A DNA stretch of 52,672 bases from NCBI RefSeq assembly GCF_000143415.4, contig NW_003314264.1:155942-208613 (forward strand), in the 5' to 3' direction. Shown in pieces: positions 12,467 through 23,271 of the stretch. The translations under genes and the position numbers were made by a program. Position 1 is the stretch's first letter; each line of letters starts with the position of its first letter. Under the pieces are notes generated by a model, which was not told where the DNA came from, ran no database searches, and worked only from the letters and a program-made list of their open reading frames with translations. Source of the stretch: Selaginella moellendorffii. Its lineage: Eukaryota > Plantae > Lycopodiophyta.

Positions 12467-13474
12467 GGAGCCTGAGAGGGTGAAAGCCCAAAGCGTTCGT
12501 CTCCCAGACCCTGGGGGGTTTGGTGAGCTCCAAAAGTATAGTAGGGGGAGGACTGCAGTGGAGCCAGTTTGGCCAGGAAAGGCCAGTTTGGCCCAGGAAG
12601 GCCGGACCCAGTGTTGGGTGATGAGCTGCCCACTGGGAAGTCCAAGACTAGAGTGAACACGGACCGACAAGCGGGGTAGCTTGGTGAAGTGTTCAAGAGC
12701 CGGCTCTAGTTCCCCCGGGAGATCGACTGGCCGATGCTCCCAGTCCAAGTGTGGGTGGCACTACCTACTTGGATACCTGTCGTGGCTCAACGGAACCTCG
12801 CTCTAAGCCCATGGCTAGAGCACCTAAAGGCGAAAGGCGAGGAGAGTACCCAGGTGGCTTGCGTAAGGCCACGGTGTTCCGAAATGTTGTCCCAAAGGCC
12901 CAGACTGTGGAAAGGAAGAGGAGCAGTCCTCTGGGGTAGTGACCAAGGACACAGTCGTGTGGTGAGAAAGTCCCAGAGGACCGTGGGACTTAGTGGTCGA
13001 GCCTGTGGGTCTCGATCCAATGGCAGTGTTGGCAAACACAGCCAGGGGCAGAAAGGGACTTAGTGGGGACTGACAGAGGGATATTGGGGAAGGCTATTCC
13101 CCTTGTCGGTGGGCATCCTAAGGATGCTAAGGAGTGGATCTGAGATGACCACTCACGGATGGTTTGCCTAGTCTTGGAGAGCCAAGACGGTGATGCAAGT
13201 GGTATTGGACTACCAGTGTGGCAAAGGTGATTGGGCATGGCCTTAGCGTAACGGGCTGCTATGTCGGTGGTACCTTTGAGTGTCGGTCATGGGATCGGAC
13301 ACGTGGAGCACTTGGACCAAGTGCAAATGTTGAGTGGCATGGATGCCATTCTCGGGGCTAGCAAGCCCCAAGTCCTGGATTGGACTTATGGAGGTTGTGA
13401 ATGAGACTCCTCCAAGTGGTCAGAGGTGTGGTTAAGTGACTAAAGTAGAATGGAAAATTTAGTCGCTTCCAATT

Positions 13475-13486
13475 TGGTATCGGAGC
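13475..13486 (+). promoter_or_regulatory. Primer binding site, tRNA-iMet type (variant TGGTATCGGAGC)
   Basis: 3 nt after the LTR end; identical at 31772-31783 and 47300-47311 (-); canonical plant motif is TGGTATCAGAGC. Confidence 0.9.
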
Positions 13487-16018
13487 TGTTCCTTAGTCCG
13501 ACTTTTATTGGTGCTCAAGTATATCACCACTAGTGTTGGCATCGAAAGGTCCGAGGAGTGGGCCTATCCTTGAGGAGTAGCAAGTCGGGAAGACATGGCT
13601 CTCCATTACAGTTCATGTATGAACTTGTAGACGAGGTGGTGGATAGAAAAGGGCCAATAATGGAACGACTTTGGGATCTTGGGAACAGTATATGGTTTTC
13701 CTCAGAGAGTTGAGGATGTGATCCAGAGGAGCGTTTGACTTAGCAAACTGGCTAATGTAGTTGTGGTAAACAACTACAGTTGGGATCACGGGAAAGATAA
13801 AGACTCCAAAGCAATAAAGGAGTCACAAGATTATCCTCATATAGTTGAGGTTGGTGCTCATGAATGTGAGACCAGAAGTAATGACCGTGGGAGGTCAAAT
13901 GCGGAAGAGGACTCAAGTCCTTGAAATGGTAGTCGGGGCTACCTTTAATAAATGCTAGAACAACCCAAGGAGTTGGGGGGTGTACTTAGAGATGAGTGGT
14001 ATTCTCATCGCATGGACAAGTAGTCCTAAGGGGCAAAAGTTGCCCCCAGAGAACAAAATCAAGTGTCGGAGTAACACTTGTGAAAATAGTCCTTTTGAGT
14101 AGGACAGGAATGCAAGAAGTGTATTCCAGTGAGCTAGTGCCTCACAAGTAGGACCTTACGGGTCTGTGGATTAACCAAGTCCAAAACTGCTAGATGACTC
14201 AAGTACAGTCAACGGATGGTCCTAAAAGGACTGATGGAAGCATTTGGACTGTGGTGTGTTGTACCCCACAAAGGATGGGGGGGGATCATAGGATCCAAGG
14301 ATGAGAACAGAGGGTATCTCATCGATGGCAAAATGTGCCATGCTAAAGTCGTGGGAAAGGTGTTCCCAAAAAGAAAACAACTTTGACGCAAAGTTGTGTG
14401 TGACCTCTATGGTGCAGTGCTAACGGATGGTTGGCATGAGAAAGAGCGGTGTTGGTCTTGGCAAAGACATAAACACGAAGGGGAAGTGTCATAGAGGTAG
14501 GCTCGTGGAGCCGATGGTGTGGAGACACCAAATGTGCCAAGGTGTGATACCTTGAGGCTATGTTGGTGGGTTCATGAGAACCCCTTGCCAAAGGAATCCC
14601 AATGGAAATGGGAATGGCATAGCCTAAGCTGCAGAGCATGCAGTTGGAGTGTGGTGACCCAGATAATGATGGAGGTGTGAAAGCACCAAACAATGAGTTG
14701 TAGGACTTGACAACTATGAGGCAACTAAGCAAGAGGTGCAAAATAACTGGTTGAACGGGTAGAAGGTAGCTACCCAAGACTTCTTAATAGCATAGGGAAG
14801 TCGGATACACCCTTACGGGGGATAAGTTGCCTGTGTTGCGATATAGTAAGTCAATGTCATAAAAGGAAATACTCATTGTCAAAAAAAAGCCATCATTGGG
14901 ACACCCAAACACTCTAGAACACCAGAAGGTGGTGTTTGATGTCGCGAGGGCAATGGATAAAGCCCAAGGGACTAAGTCCCTAGCGAATGATGGATAGAAG
15001 GTGCTATCCAAATGTCCAAGGTTACGGAGACAGAAGAGGACTGTCTACCCGAGTTGGACAAAGCCAAAAATGGAATTTTGGCAAGGCTAGTGATGGGCAT
15101 GCAAAGGCCCATAAGCAACAATGTAATCCCAGTGTGTGGGATTATAAGGTGAGCATACCCGGATTGAGGAACCCCTCCCTAGGCTATTGGGTAGGTTCAT
15201 CCCTAAGAATACTTGCTAAAGCATGATAGAAAGTGCAAAGCTATCCTCCTAGTCTGGAGGAGAATGACCAAAGGAAAGGTGTAAAGCCAAAAAGCAAGAA
15301 GTAAGGGGATAGAACCGAACTGTAGGAATCAAAGGGGATAACCAAGGTTGGTTATGCCAGCTGGGAGTGGAGAATCAAGTGGGGGGCTCGAGGGTGTTGC
15401 CGCTAGCAATCGTGATGCCATGGAGAGTCTAAAATATGGAATTGTCCATGTTAGACTATGTGGCATTTGGAAGGCTTGCAAAAAGGGAGGCCTTAGCAAG
15501 CTGAGGGACAGAGTTCCTTCAAAGTTCCCAAAGACGATTCTAGGTAGCTTAGTACCTAGAAAGGCCAAGTGTAAATGGTTCATGGAACGCGCGAAATCAG
15601 AGTGGCGCAGCAGAAGCGTGGTCTTGAAGCTTGCCATGAGGCAAGGCTATCAAGGTTAGGGAAGTAGTTCCCGAGTGTTCAAAGAGAGGGCTTTGAACGA
15701 AAGTCGATGGTCAAGGACTTTCACGCTTATGCAGGAACCATGTTACAGTGGTCGGAGGACTTGCCAAGCGAGATTGGCACGTCGGGGGAACAAATACCCT
15801 AGTTGAAGGTGATAACTTCAAAAAGGGTGGGCCATGGGGCCGAGCATGGAGGAGTCCATGCATGATCACAGACATGTCAAGTGAGAGGACTTGGCAGTGT
15901 GGAGGAACTAGGTTCCTAAACTGTGATCTGTAGCGCGCTTTAAAAATAAGTTGGTGCACCGGCGTGGGGAGTCACGCCAGGCATCTTGTGTGATGCCGTC
16001 CGTAGATGCATATACGGA

Positions 16019-16075
16019 GGTTGGGTTCGAGTCCCGACCCTCTAGTGCTTGGGTTCGAGTCCCAAATCACTAGGG
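16019..16075 (+). other. Tandem tRNA T-arm-like hairpins / B-box motifs
   Basis: GGTTGGG-TTCGAGT-CCCGACC and CTCTAGTG-C-TTGGG-TTCGAGT-CCCAA-AT-CACTAGGG; also at 34310-34366 and 44692-44748 (-). Confidence 0.65.
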
Positions 16076-17561
16076 CGTGGTGATGGTTTGGAATATGAGG
16101 ACACTCATATTTCGGTGGTCATGGACTCTCAGTGGGGAGACTGGTTTGGGCACACCGCCAAGCGAGGGATGCCTCGGAGTCGTGATGCACGGTTAGATTG
16201 CTTAGTGTGAAAGCTCAGCATATCTAACTTGAACGCTTTGGTGCAAGTGGCACCAAGGTCGTGGTGAGTGAGATGGGGACACCTAATCTCAGTTGCTATG
16301 AACCCTTGGCCGTAAGGGCTGGCTTGGGTGCACCGCCAAGTGTGGGGGATGCCCCCGGGGTTATAGTCAACAACTTGGAGGTCTAGAAGACCAAGTACCT
16401 CTTGGCAGCTCTGTTAAGGTGCCAAGGTGAGATCACTAGGTGATCTTATGGCCAGATAAGGACAAGGTCCTTGGTTGGCTAAGGAATGAAGTTCCTAGTT
16501 CAAAATGTTGAAATTGAACTATTTAAGGTGGTGTGACTTGGTCGTGATGACCAAGTGGGAAGAGCACCTAAGGGAAATAAACTATGTCCGTGCGATGGCA
16601 TAGTGAGTCCGAGGAAAGTAGTCTCTATAAAAGACCCATGGGAGGGTCACGAAGTTGGGCCGTGGATAGAGCCCATAGCAGAAGATGCTAAAGAGACGTA
16701 CTAGGGGTGAACATCCTCCGGACTTGGCAAAGAAGAGTCTTTGCTATGGAACCGAAACAATACCTCAAGGAGGGAGGTAGAGATTCGATGTTGCTTGGTG
16801 CAACAATCAACGGATAGGAGCAAAAGATGAGTGGCCAAGATAGGGCCATGGAATCCCTTGGAAGGAATCCAAGTGACAAAGTTAGGCGAGGAACACTAAT
16901 GTGTTGGACGCTAACAAGTTGCGGGAAAGGAAGTGTGTTTCCAAGGAGGGATTCCGAAATGCTCCAATTTGGCGAAAGTGGAAGCTCCAAAGAAGGGAGC
17001 GGTAAGGTAGCCAAATGATAGGGCCATGAACAGCCCTAGCACAAAGTATGATAACTGGAACTTTGGCACAAAATAGAAGAGAGGATGATGGTGCCCTCGA
17101 GTAGAGAACTTCCTAGGATGGGAAGTGGAGTTGCACAAAAAGGTGCAAGGCAAGGTGTCGGAGACACCTAGGAAATTGACTCCAAGAAATCAAAATTCAA
17201 AGTTCCAAAGTGCAAAGGTTATATCGATGGAAATCGAGACTACTCAAGAAGGAGTAGTGGGATTGACTTAGAGAAGGGTCTCTAAGAGGTTTAGCGGGAA
17301 CTAAACCACTAAAAGGAGAGAACCACTACATGTGGTCCAATCAGTCTCTAAGTTGGAGAGACTACCCTCCTTAGAGGATAGGCAAGGCATGGTGAGCCTT
17401 TGGTGTCAAACCATTAAAGAATATGCAAAAGGCATGGTGAGCCTTCAATGTCAAACCCTTGACAAATATTGGCTAGGTGCCAAGGATGTAAATGGTAACA
17501 CGTGCGGGTGTTACTTTATAAAATGGTTTACCGTTTGATGAGGACATCGAACTTCGTCTAT

Positions 17562-17572
17562 GGGTGGTGGAG
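17562..17572 (+). promoter_or_regulatory. Polypurine tract GGGTGGTGGAG
   Basis: Immediately 5' of the 3' LTR; same at 35806-35816 and 43229-43239 (-). Confidence 0.85.
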
Positions 17573-20500
17573 TTGTGAGACACAAAATCCCTAGGCCCCA
17601 AAGTGGAGCCGGAAGGGCGCCACATGGTAGTGGCCGAAGCGAGAGCCAAACGAGCGTAACACGTTTGGACCAAAAGCTCCGACTTGAAAAGTCAAGAGCG
17701 GGAGTGGAACTCCCAACGAAGTGCTCGAGGAACGAGTACGAAGCGAGCAATAGGCAAGGCTCCAAAAAGGGACCCAAAAGGACCAACACATGACACGTGG
17801 GAGTGTCCGAGATGGACTCAAGTTGGAGTCCGAAGTGGAGTCCGAGATGGACCCGAGTTGGAGTCCGAAGTGGAGTCCGAGATGGACCCGAATTGGAGTC
17901 CGAAGTGGAGTCCGAGATGGACCCGAGATGGAGTCCGAGATGGAGTCCGAAGTGGAGTCCGAGGTGGACCCGAGATGGACCCGAGTTGGAGTCCGAAGTG
18001 GAGTCCGAGATGGACCCGAGAGGGACCCGAGATGGAGTCCGAGATGGAGTCCGAGATGGACCCGAGATGGACCCGAGATGGAGTCCGAGACGGAGTCCGA
18101 GATGGAGTCCGAGATGGAGTCCGAGATGGAGTCCGAGATGGAGTCCGAAGTCGAGACCGAGACCGGGACCGAGACCGAGACCGAGACCGAGATCGGGACC
18201 GAGACCGAGACCGAGACCGAGGCCGAGGCTGAGACCGAGCCCGAGCCCGAGTCCGAGTCCGAGTCCGAGTCCGAGTCCGAGTCCGAGTCCGGAGCCTGAG
18301 AGGGTGAAAGCCCAAAGCGTTCGTCTCCCAGACCCTGGGGGGTTTGGTGAGCTCCAAAAGTATAGTAGGGGGAGGACTGCAGTGGAGCCAGTTTGGCCAG
18401 GAAAGGCCAGTTTGGCCCAGGAAGGCCGGACCCAGTGTTGGGTGATGAGCTGCCCACTGGGAAGTCCAAGACTAGAGTGAACACGGACCGACAAGCGGGG
18501 TAGCTTGGTGAAGTGTTCAAGAGCCGGCTCTAGTTCCCCCGGGAGATCGACTGGCCGATGCTCCCAGTCCAAGTGTGGGTGGCACTACCTACTTGGATAC
18601 CTGTCGTGGCTCAACGGAACCTCGCTCTAAGCCCATGGCTAGAGCACCTAAAGGCGAAAGGCGAGGAGAGTACCCAGGTGGCTTGCGTAAGGCCACGGTG
18701 TTCCGAAATGTTGTCCCAAAGGCCCAGACTGTGGAAAGGAAGAGGAGCAGTCCTCTGGGGTAGTGACCAAGGACACAGTCGTGTGGTGAGAAAGTCCCAG
18801 AGGACCGTGGGACTTAGTGGTCGAGCCTGTGGGTCTCGATCCAATGGCAGTGTTGGCAAACACAGCCAGGGGCAGAAAGGGACTTAGTGGGGACTGACAG
18901 AGGGATATTGGGGAAGGCTATTCCCCTTGTCGGTGGGCATCCTAAGGATGCTAAGGAGTGGATCTGAGATGACCACTCACGGATGGTTTGCCTAGTCTTG
19001 GAGAGCCAAGACGGTGATGCAAGTGGTATTGGACTACCAGTGTGGCAAAGGTGATTGGGCATGGCCTTAGCGTAACGGGCTGCTATGTCGGTGGTACCTT
19101 TGAGTGTCGGTCATGGGATCGGACACGTGGAGCACTTGGACCAAGTGCAAATGTTGAGTGGCATGGATGCCATTCTCGGGGCTAGCAAGCCCCAAGTCCT
19201 GGATTGGACTTATGGAGGTTGTGAATGAGACTCCTCCAAGTGGTCAGAGGTGTGGTTAAGTGACTAAAGTAGAATGGAAAATTTAGTCGCTTACAGAAAG
19301 CTCAAAGCATGTATTCTTCAACGGGGGGGGGGATATAGAGGGTTTCAAATGTATAGTAGGGATAATAAGTAGGTTGGGCATGGTTGACCAACCTGAGGTA
19401 TAGTCTAGCTCTCCCTTGTATGCTTGTCTTTGTTCTATGTCTAGGTTGGGTCTAAACCTAAATTCCATATTATACTAGTTGGTGGAGTATCTATATCCTC
19501 ACGTTAGGCCATCAGTATGTTTAAGTAGTGCCAGGCTCCATTTTGCTTGCTAGTCTTGGCATTGGGATACTAAATGCTCTAGGACTATTCTAAGTTGCTC
19601 CATGCTTTTGTCCTTTTGCTCTTTGGGTTTAATGCTCAAAAATCACTCTATGCTTTGATTCCTTCGCTCCTTGGCTACAAGCTTGGGAGTTTGGCTCTAT
19701 TCCTTCCTTTAGTGGCCCAAGGCCTTAAAACTCATGTGTCCTTAAGGATATATGGCATATGGCATGTGGCATATGGCACATGATATATAAAAGGTTTAGG
19801 TTCTAATTTGTAGTAAATCACCATAGGATAAAGGTGAAAACCACATCCACTACACCCTTAGAAATTAATACCTCCCCTCTTTGTAGAATAGTACCAATGG
19901 GTCTTAGGGCGGGCTTGCATACATTTTTCTGGGGGAAGTTTTTCAAAGGAGAAACTTTTAACCCCTTGTTCAATACACCTAGTGACATGGCATTAGAATT
20001 GGGAAAAGGGAGGGAACCTAGTGTCCCCTCAAAAACTTTTCTCAATATCTGGAACCTAGTAGAACAAACTAATAAAATGGTGCCATATATAAAATGGCAA
20101 TCATTACTTAAACTAAGTTAGCAAAAATTAGATTATTGACATTGCATTTTTAAAGGGGGGTTACATATAATCTTAAAATTTAGAGGGGTGTGGGGGTGGG
20201 GGAGTTTTTTTTTTCTGGGGTGGAAAGATTTTGTAAGACACAAAATCCCTAAGCCCCAAAGTGGAGCCAGAAAGGGTGCCACATGGTAGTGGCTGAGGCA
20301 AAAGCCAAACGAGTGTAACACGTTTGGACTAAAATCTCTGACTTGGAAGGTCGAGAGCGGGAGTGGAACTCCCAACAAAGTGCTCGAGGAGCGAGCACGA
20401 GGCAACCAATAAGCAAGGCTCCAAAAAGGGACCCAAAAAGGACTAACACATGACACGCAGAAGTGTCTGAGATGGACCCGAGATGGAGTTCGAGATGGAA

Positions 20501-20818
20501 TCTGAGGTGGACCCAAGCTAGAGTCCGAGATGGAGTCCGACATGGACCCGAGATGGAGTCCGAGATGGAGTCCGAGGTGGACCCGAGATGGAGTCTGAGA
20601 TGGACCCGAGATGGAGTCTAAGATGGAGTCCGAGGTGGACCCGAGGTGGAGTTCGAGATGGAGTCTGAGATGGACCGAGATGGAGTCTGAGATCGACCCG
20701 AGATGGAGTCCGAGATGGACCGAGACGGAGTCTGAGGTGGAGTCCAAGATGGAGTCCGAGAAGGACCCGAGATGGAGTCCGAGGTCGAGACCGAGATTGG
20801 GACCGAGACTGAGACTAG

Positions 20819-20859
<41 letters not shown>

Positions 20860-21193
20860 GGACCGAGACTAAGACTGAGGCCAAGGCCGAGACCGAGCCC
20901 GAGCCCGAATCCGAGTCTGTGTCTGAGTCTGAGTCCGAGTCCGAGTTCGAGTCTGAGAGGGTGGAAGCCCAAAGCATTCGTCTCCCAGACCCTGGGGGGT
21001 TTGGTGAGCTCCAAAAGTATAGTAGGGGGAGGACTGTAGTGGAGCTAGTTTAGCCAGGAAAGGCCAGTTTGGCCCAAAAAAGCTATACCCAGTGTTGGGT
21101 GATGAGCTACCCACTGGGAAGTCCAAGACTAGAGTGAATACGGACCGACAAGTGGGGTAGCTTGGTGAAGTGTTCAAGAGCCGGCTCTAGTTT

Positions 21194-21538
21194 TGTAGCA
21201 CACTTGAATTTGGAGCTGAACTCCAAGCCTGTTGTGCTACGAACGAGGGTCCGATACAATCCCATAAGCACCAGCTCCCTATATCCAGCACCTGCACACA
21301 AAATGGTGTCAGATGGAGTCTAGCACAATTTTGGCATATCGGTGGCTTAATGTGAGGAGGAGGGTACTCCACTGACTAGAGCAGCATGGAGCTTGGGCTT
21401 AGACCCAAACCGAACGCAGAACAAGGAGTGACACAGCCTAACGAGAGCCAAACTAATGTCTCAAGTGGTCGGACATGCATTCCAACCACTATCCCTACTA
21501 TACATTTGGAACCCCCCACAGCCCCCCCCCCCCCCCAC
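21194..21538 (-). repeat. Family C LTR inserted into a family A LTR, running into the gap
   Basis: TGTAGCACACTTGAATTTGGAG... homologous to 2636-3040. Confidence 0.85.
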
Positions 21539-21993
21539 NNNNNNNNNNNNNNNNNNNNNNNNNNNNNNNNNNNNNNNNNNNNNNNNNNNNNNNNNNNNNN
21601 NNNNNNNNNNNNNNNNNNNNNNNNNNNNNNNNNNNNNNNNNNNNNNNNNNNNNNNNNNNNNNNNNNNNNNNNNNNNNNNNNNNNNNNNNNNNNNNNNNNN
21701 NNNNNNNNNNNNNNNNNNNNNNNNNNNNNNNNNNNNNNNNNNNNNNNNNNNNNNNNNNNNNNNNNNNNNNNNNNNNNNNNNNNNNNNNNNNNNNNNNNNN
21801 NNNNNNNNNNNNNNNNNNNNNNNNNNNNNNNNNNNNNNNNNNNNNNNNNNNNNNNNNNNNNNNNNNNNNNNNNNNNNNNNNNNNNNNNNNNNNNNNNNNN
21901 NNNNNNNNNNNNNNNNNNNNNNNNNNNNNNNNNNNNNNNNNNNNNNNNNNNNNNNNNNNNNNNNNNNNNNNNNNNNNNNNNNNNNNNNNNNNN
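21539..21993. other. Assembly gap (455 N)
   Basis: N run following a poly-C tract. Confidence 1.
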
Positions 21994-23271
21994 TCCAAGT
22001 GTGGGTGGCACTACTTACTTGGATACTTGGCATGGCTCAACGGAACCTCGCTCTAAGCCCATAGCTAGAGCACCTAAAGGCAGAAGATGGGGAGAGTACC
22101 TATGGGGCTCGCATAGGCCCACGGTGTTCCGAAATGTTGTCTTGGAGTCCCAAATGGGGGAAAGAAGGAGGAGCAGTCCTCTAGTGTAGTGACTAAGGAT
22201 ACAGTCACATGGTGAGGAAGTCCCAGAGGACAATGGGACTTAGTGGTCGGGCTTGTGGGCCTTGATCTAGTGGCAGTGTTGGCGAACATGGCCATGAACA
22301 GAAAAGGGACTTGGTAAGAACTGACAAAGGGATATTGGGGAAAGCTATTCCCCATATCTATAGGCATCCTAAGGATGCTAAGGAGTGGATCTGGGTTGAC
22401 CACTCGTGGACAGATGGCCCAGTCTTGGAGAGATGGGATTGTGATGCAAGTGGTATTGGACCACTAGTGCGGCAAAGGTGAATGGGCATGGCCTTAGCGT
22501 AACGGGCCGATATGACAGTGGTACCTTTGGGTGTCGATCTTGGAACCAGACACGTGGAGCACTTGGACCAAATGCAACAGTTGAGTGGCACAGATGCCAT
22601 TCTTGGGGCTAGCAAATCCCCAAGTCCAGAATAGGACTTATGGAGGTTGTGAGTGAGACTCCTCCAAGCGGTTGGAGGTGTGGTTAAGTGACTAAAGTAG
22701 AATGGAAAAATTAGTCGCTTATAGATTTCCAAGTCAGGGACACACCCTTAATAACCAACCAGGTAAAATAATGTCAAAAGCTTGGTTCTTTTACAAAGTG
22801 ATAAACATATACAAAATTTAATATAATATTATAAGCAAGAAATGAGTTAATCATTAAATGAATAAAAAGATGAGAAAAAGTCAGAAAATCCTGGAAAAAA
22901 ACTTTGAAAGGGTATTTTTTTTTCCATGCTTTTTCTTGTTCATTAAAATTTAGTGAGTTTGGAGATGATGGCACAAATTCCCCCTTTAGGAAAAACACTC
23001 TAGTGATGGTGCCCTTTTACCACCCTTAGCCCTTTAATCTCGCCAAAATGGTGTTACTCTAGCACAAGGCAGTGTTAGAATATTTTAGATGGTCCTTTGG
23101 ATGAGAATTAACATCCAAATACCACCCTTGAAATCTGACATATGTTGTTTGTCACTTTATGGCTAGCCGCTTAACAAGCCTTGTATAATGCCTTGTTGCC
23201 CAAATGCTATGTTTCACCACACATATGATTAGTTAGTTACAAAATGTCTTGATTGATTAGGGTAGGATTTC

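Larger units (their letters stand above)
11726..19295 (+). mobile_element. Family A full-length non-autonomous LTR retrotransposon, copy A1 (LARD-like)
   Basis: Near-identical LTRs 11726-13471 and 17574-19295; TSD GAAAG; PBS 13475-13486; PPT 17562-17572; no gag/pol motifs in the 4.1 kb interior. Confidence 0.97.
9238..19854 (+). mobile_element. Family B element B2: 3' end and 3' LTR, split by two family A insertions
   Basis: PPT AAGGGGGGGAGAG at 9630-9642. LTR pieces 9643-9659, 11189-11725 and 19301-19854 (ends ...CCACTACA). 9238-9640 is homologous to the reverse complement of ~3885-4285. Confidence 0.75.
20232..22723 (+). mobile_element. Family A solo LTR interrupted by a family C LTR and an assembly gap
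   Basis: TGTAAGACAC...GTCGCTTATA with TSD GATTT (20227-20231 / 22724-22728); family A sequence resumes after the gap ~30 bp downstream of the break. Confidence 0.85.

Noticed and set aside
12600-12680. Possible hammerhead ribozyme (retrozyme) in the LTR near GTGATGAG
   Set aside because: No CTGANGA core with correctly placed GAAA and helices found by eye; an Infernal scan would be decisive
11690-12748. Long overlapping ORFs (up to ~460 aa; SR/DS/LG/WSPR repeats) in every young family A LTR
   Set aside because: Stop-free tandem array open in many frames on both strands; frames shift between copies with 11-mer units; no domain similarity
15950-16080. tRNA gene
   Set aside because: Only T-arms are present; no acceptor stem or anticodon arm in cloverleaf geometry
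16688-17014. 108-aa antisense ORF present in A1, A2 and A3
   Set aside because: TTG start, no recognisable motif, and the copies are too similar for ORF retention to imply selection
17430-17538. Chromodomain-like peptide LDKYWL...YFIKWF before the PPT
   Set aside because: The key Trp is not kept in A2/A3 (YFMKGF); resemblance is weak
21376-22189. ORFs spanning the N run
   Set aside because: Artefacts of the assembly gap
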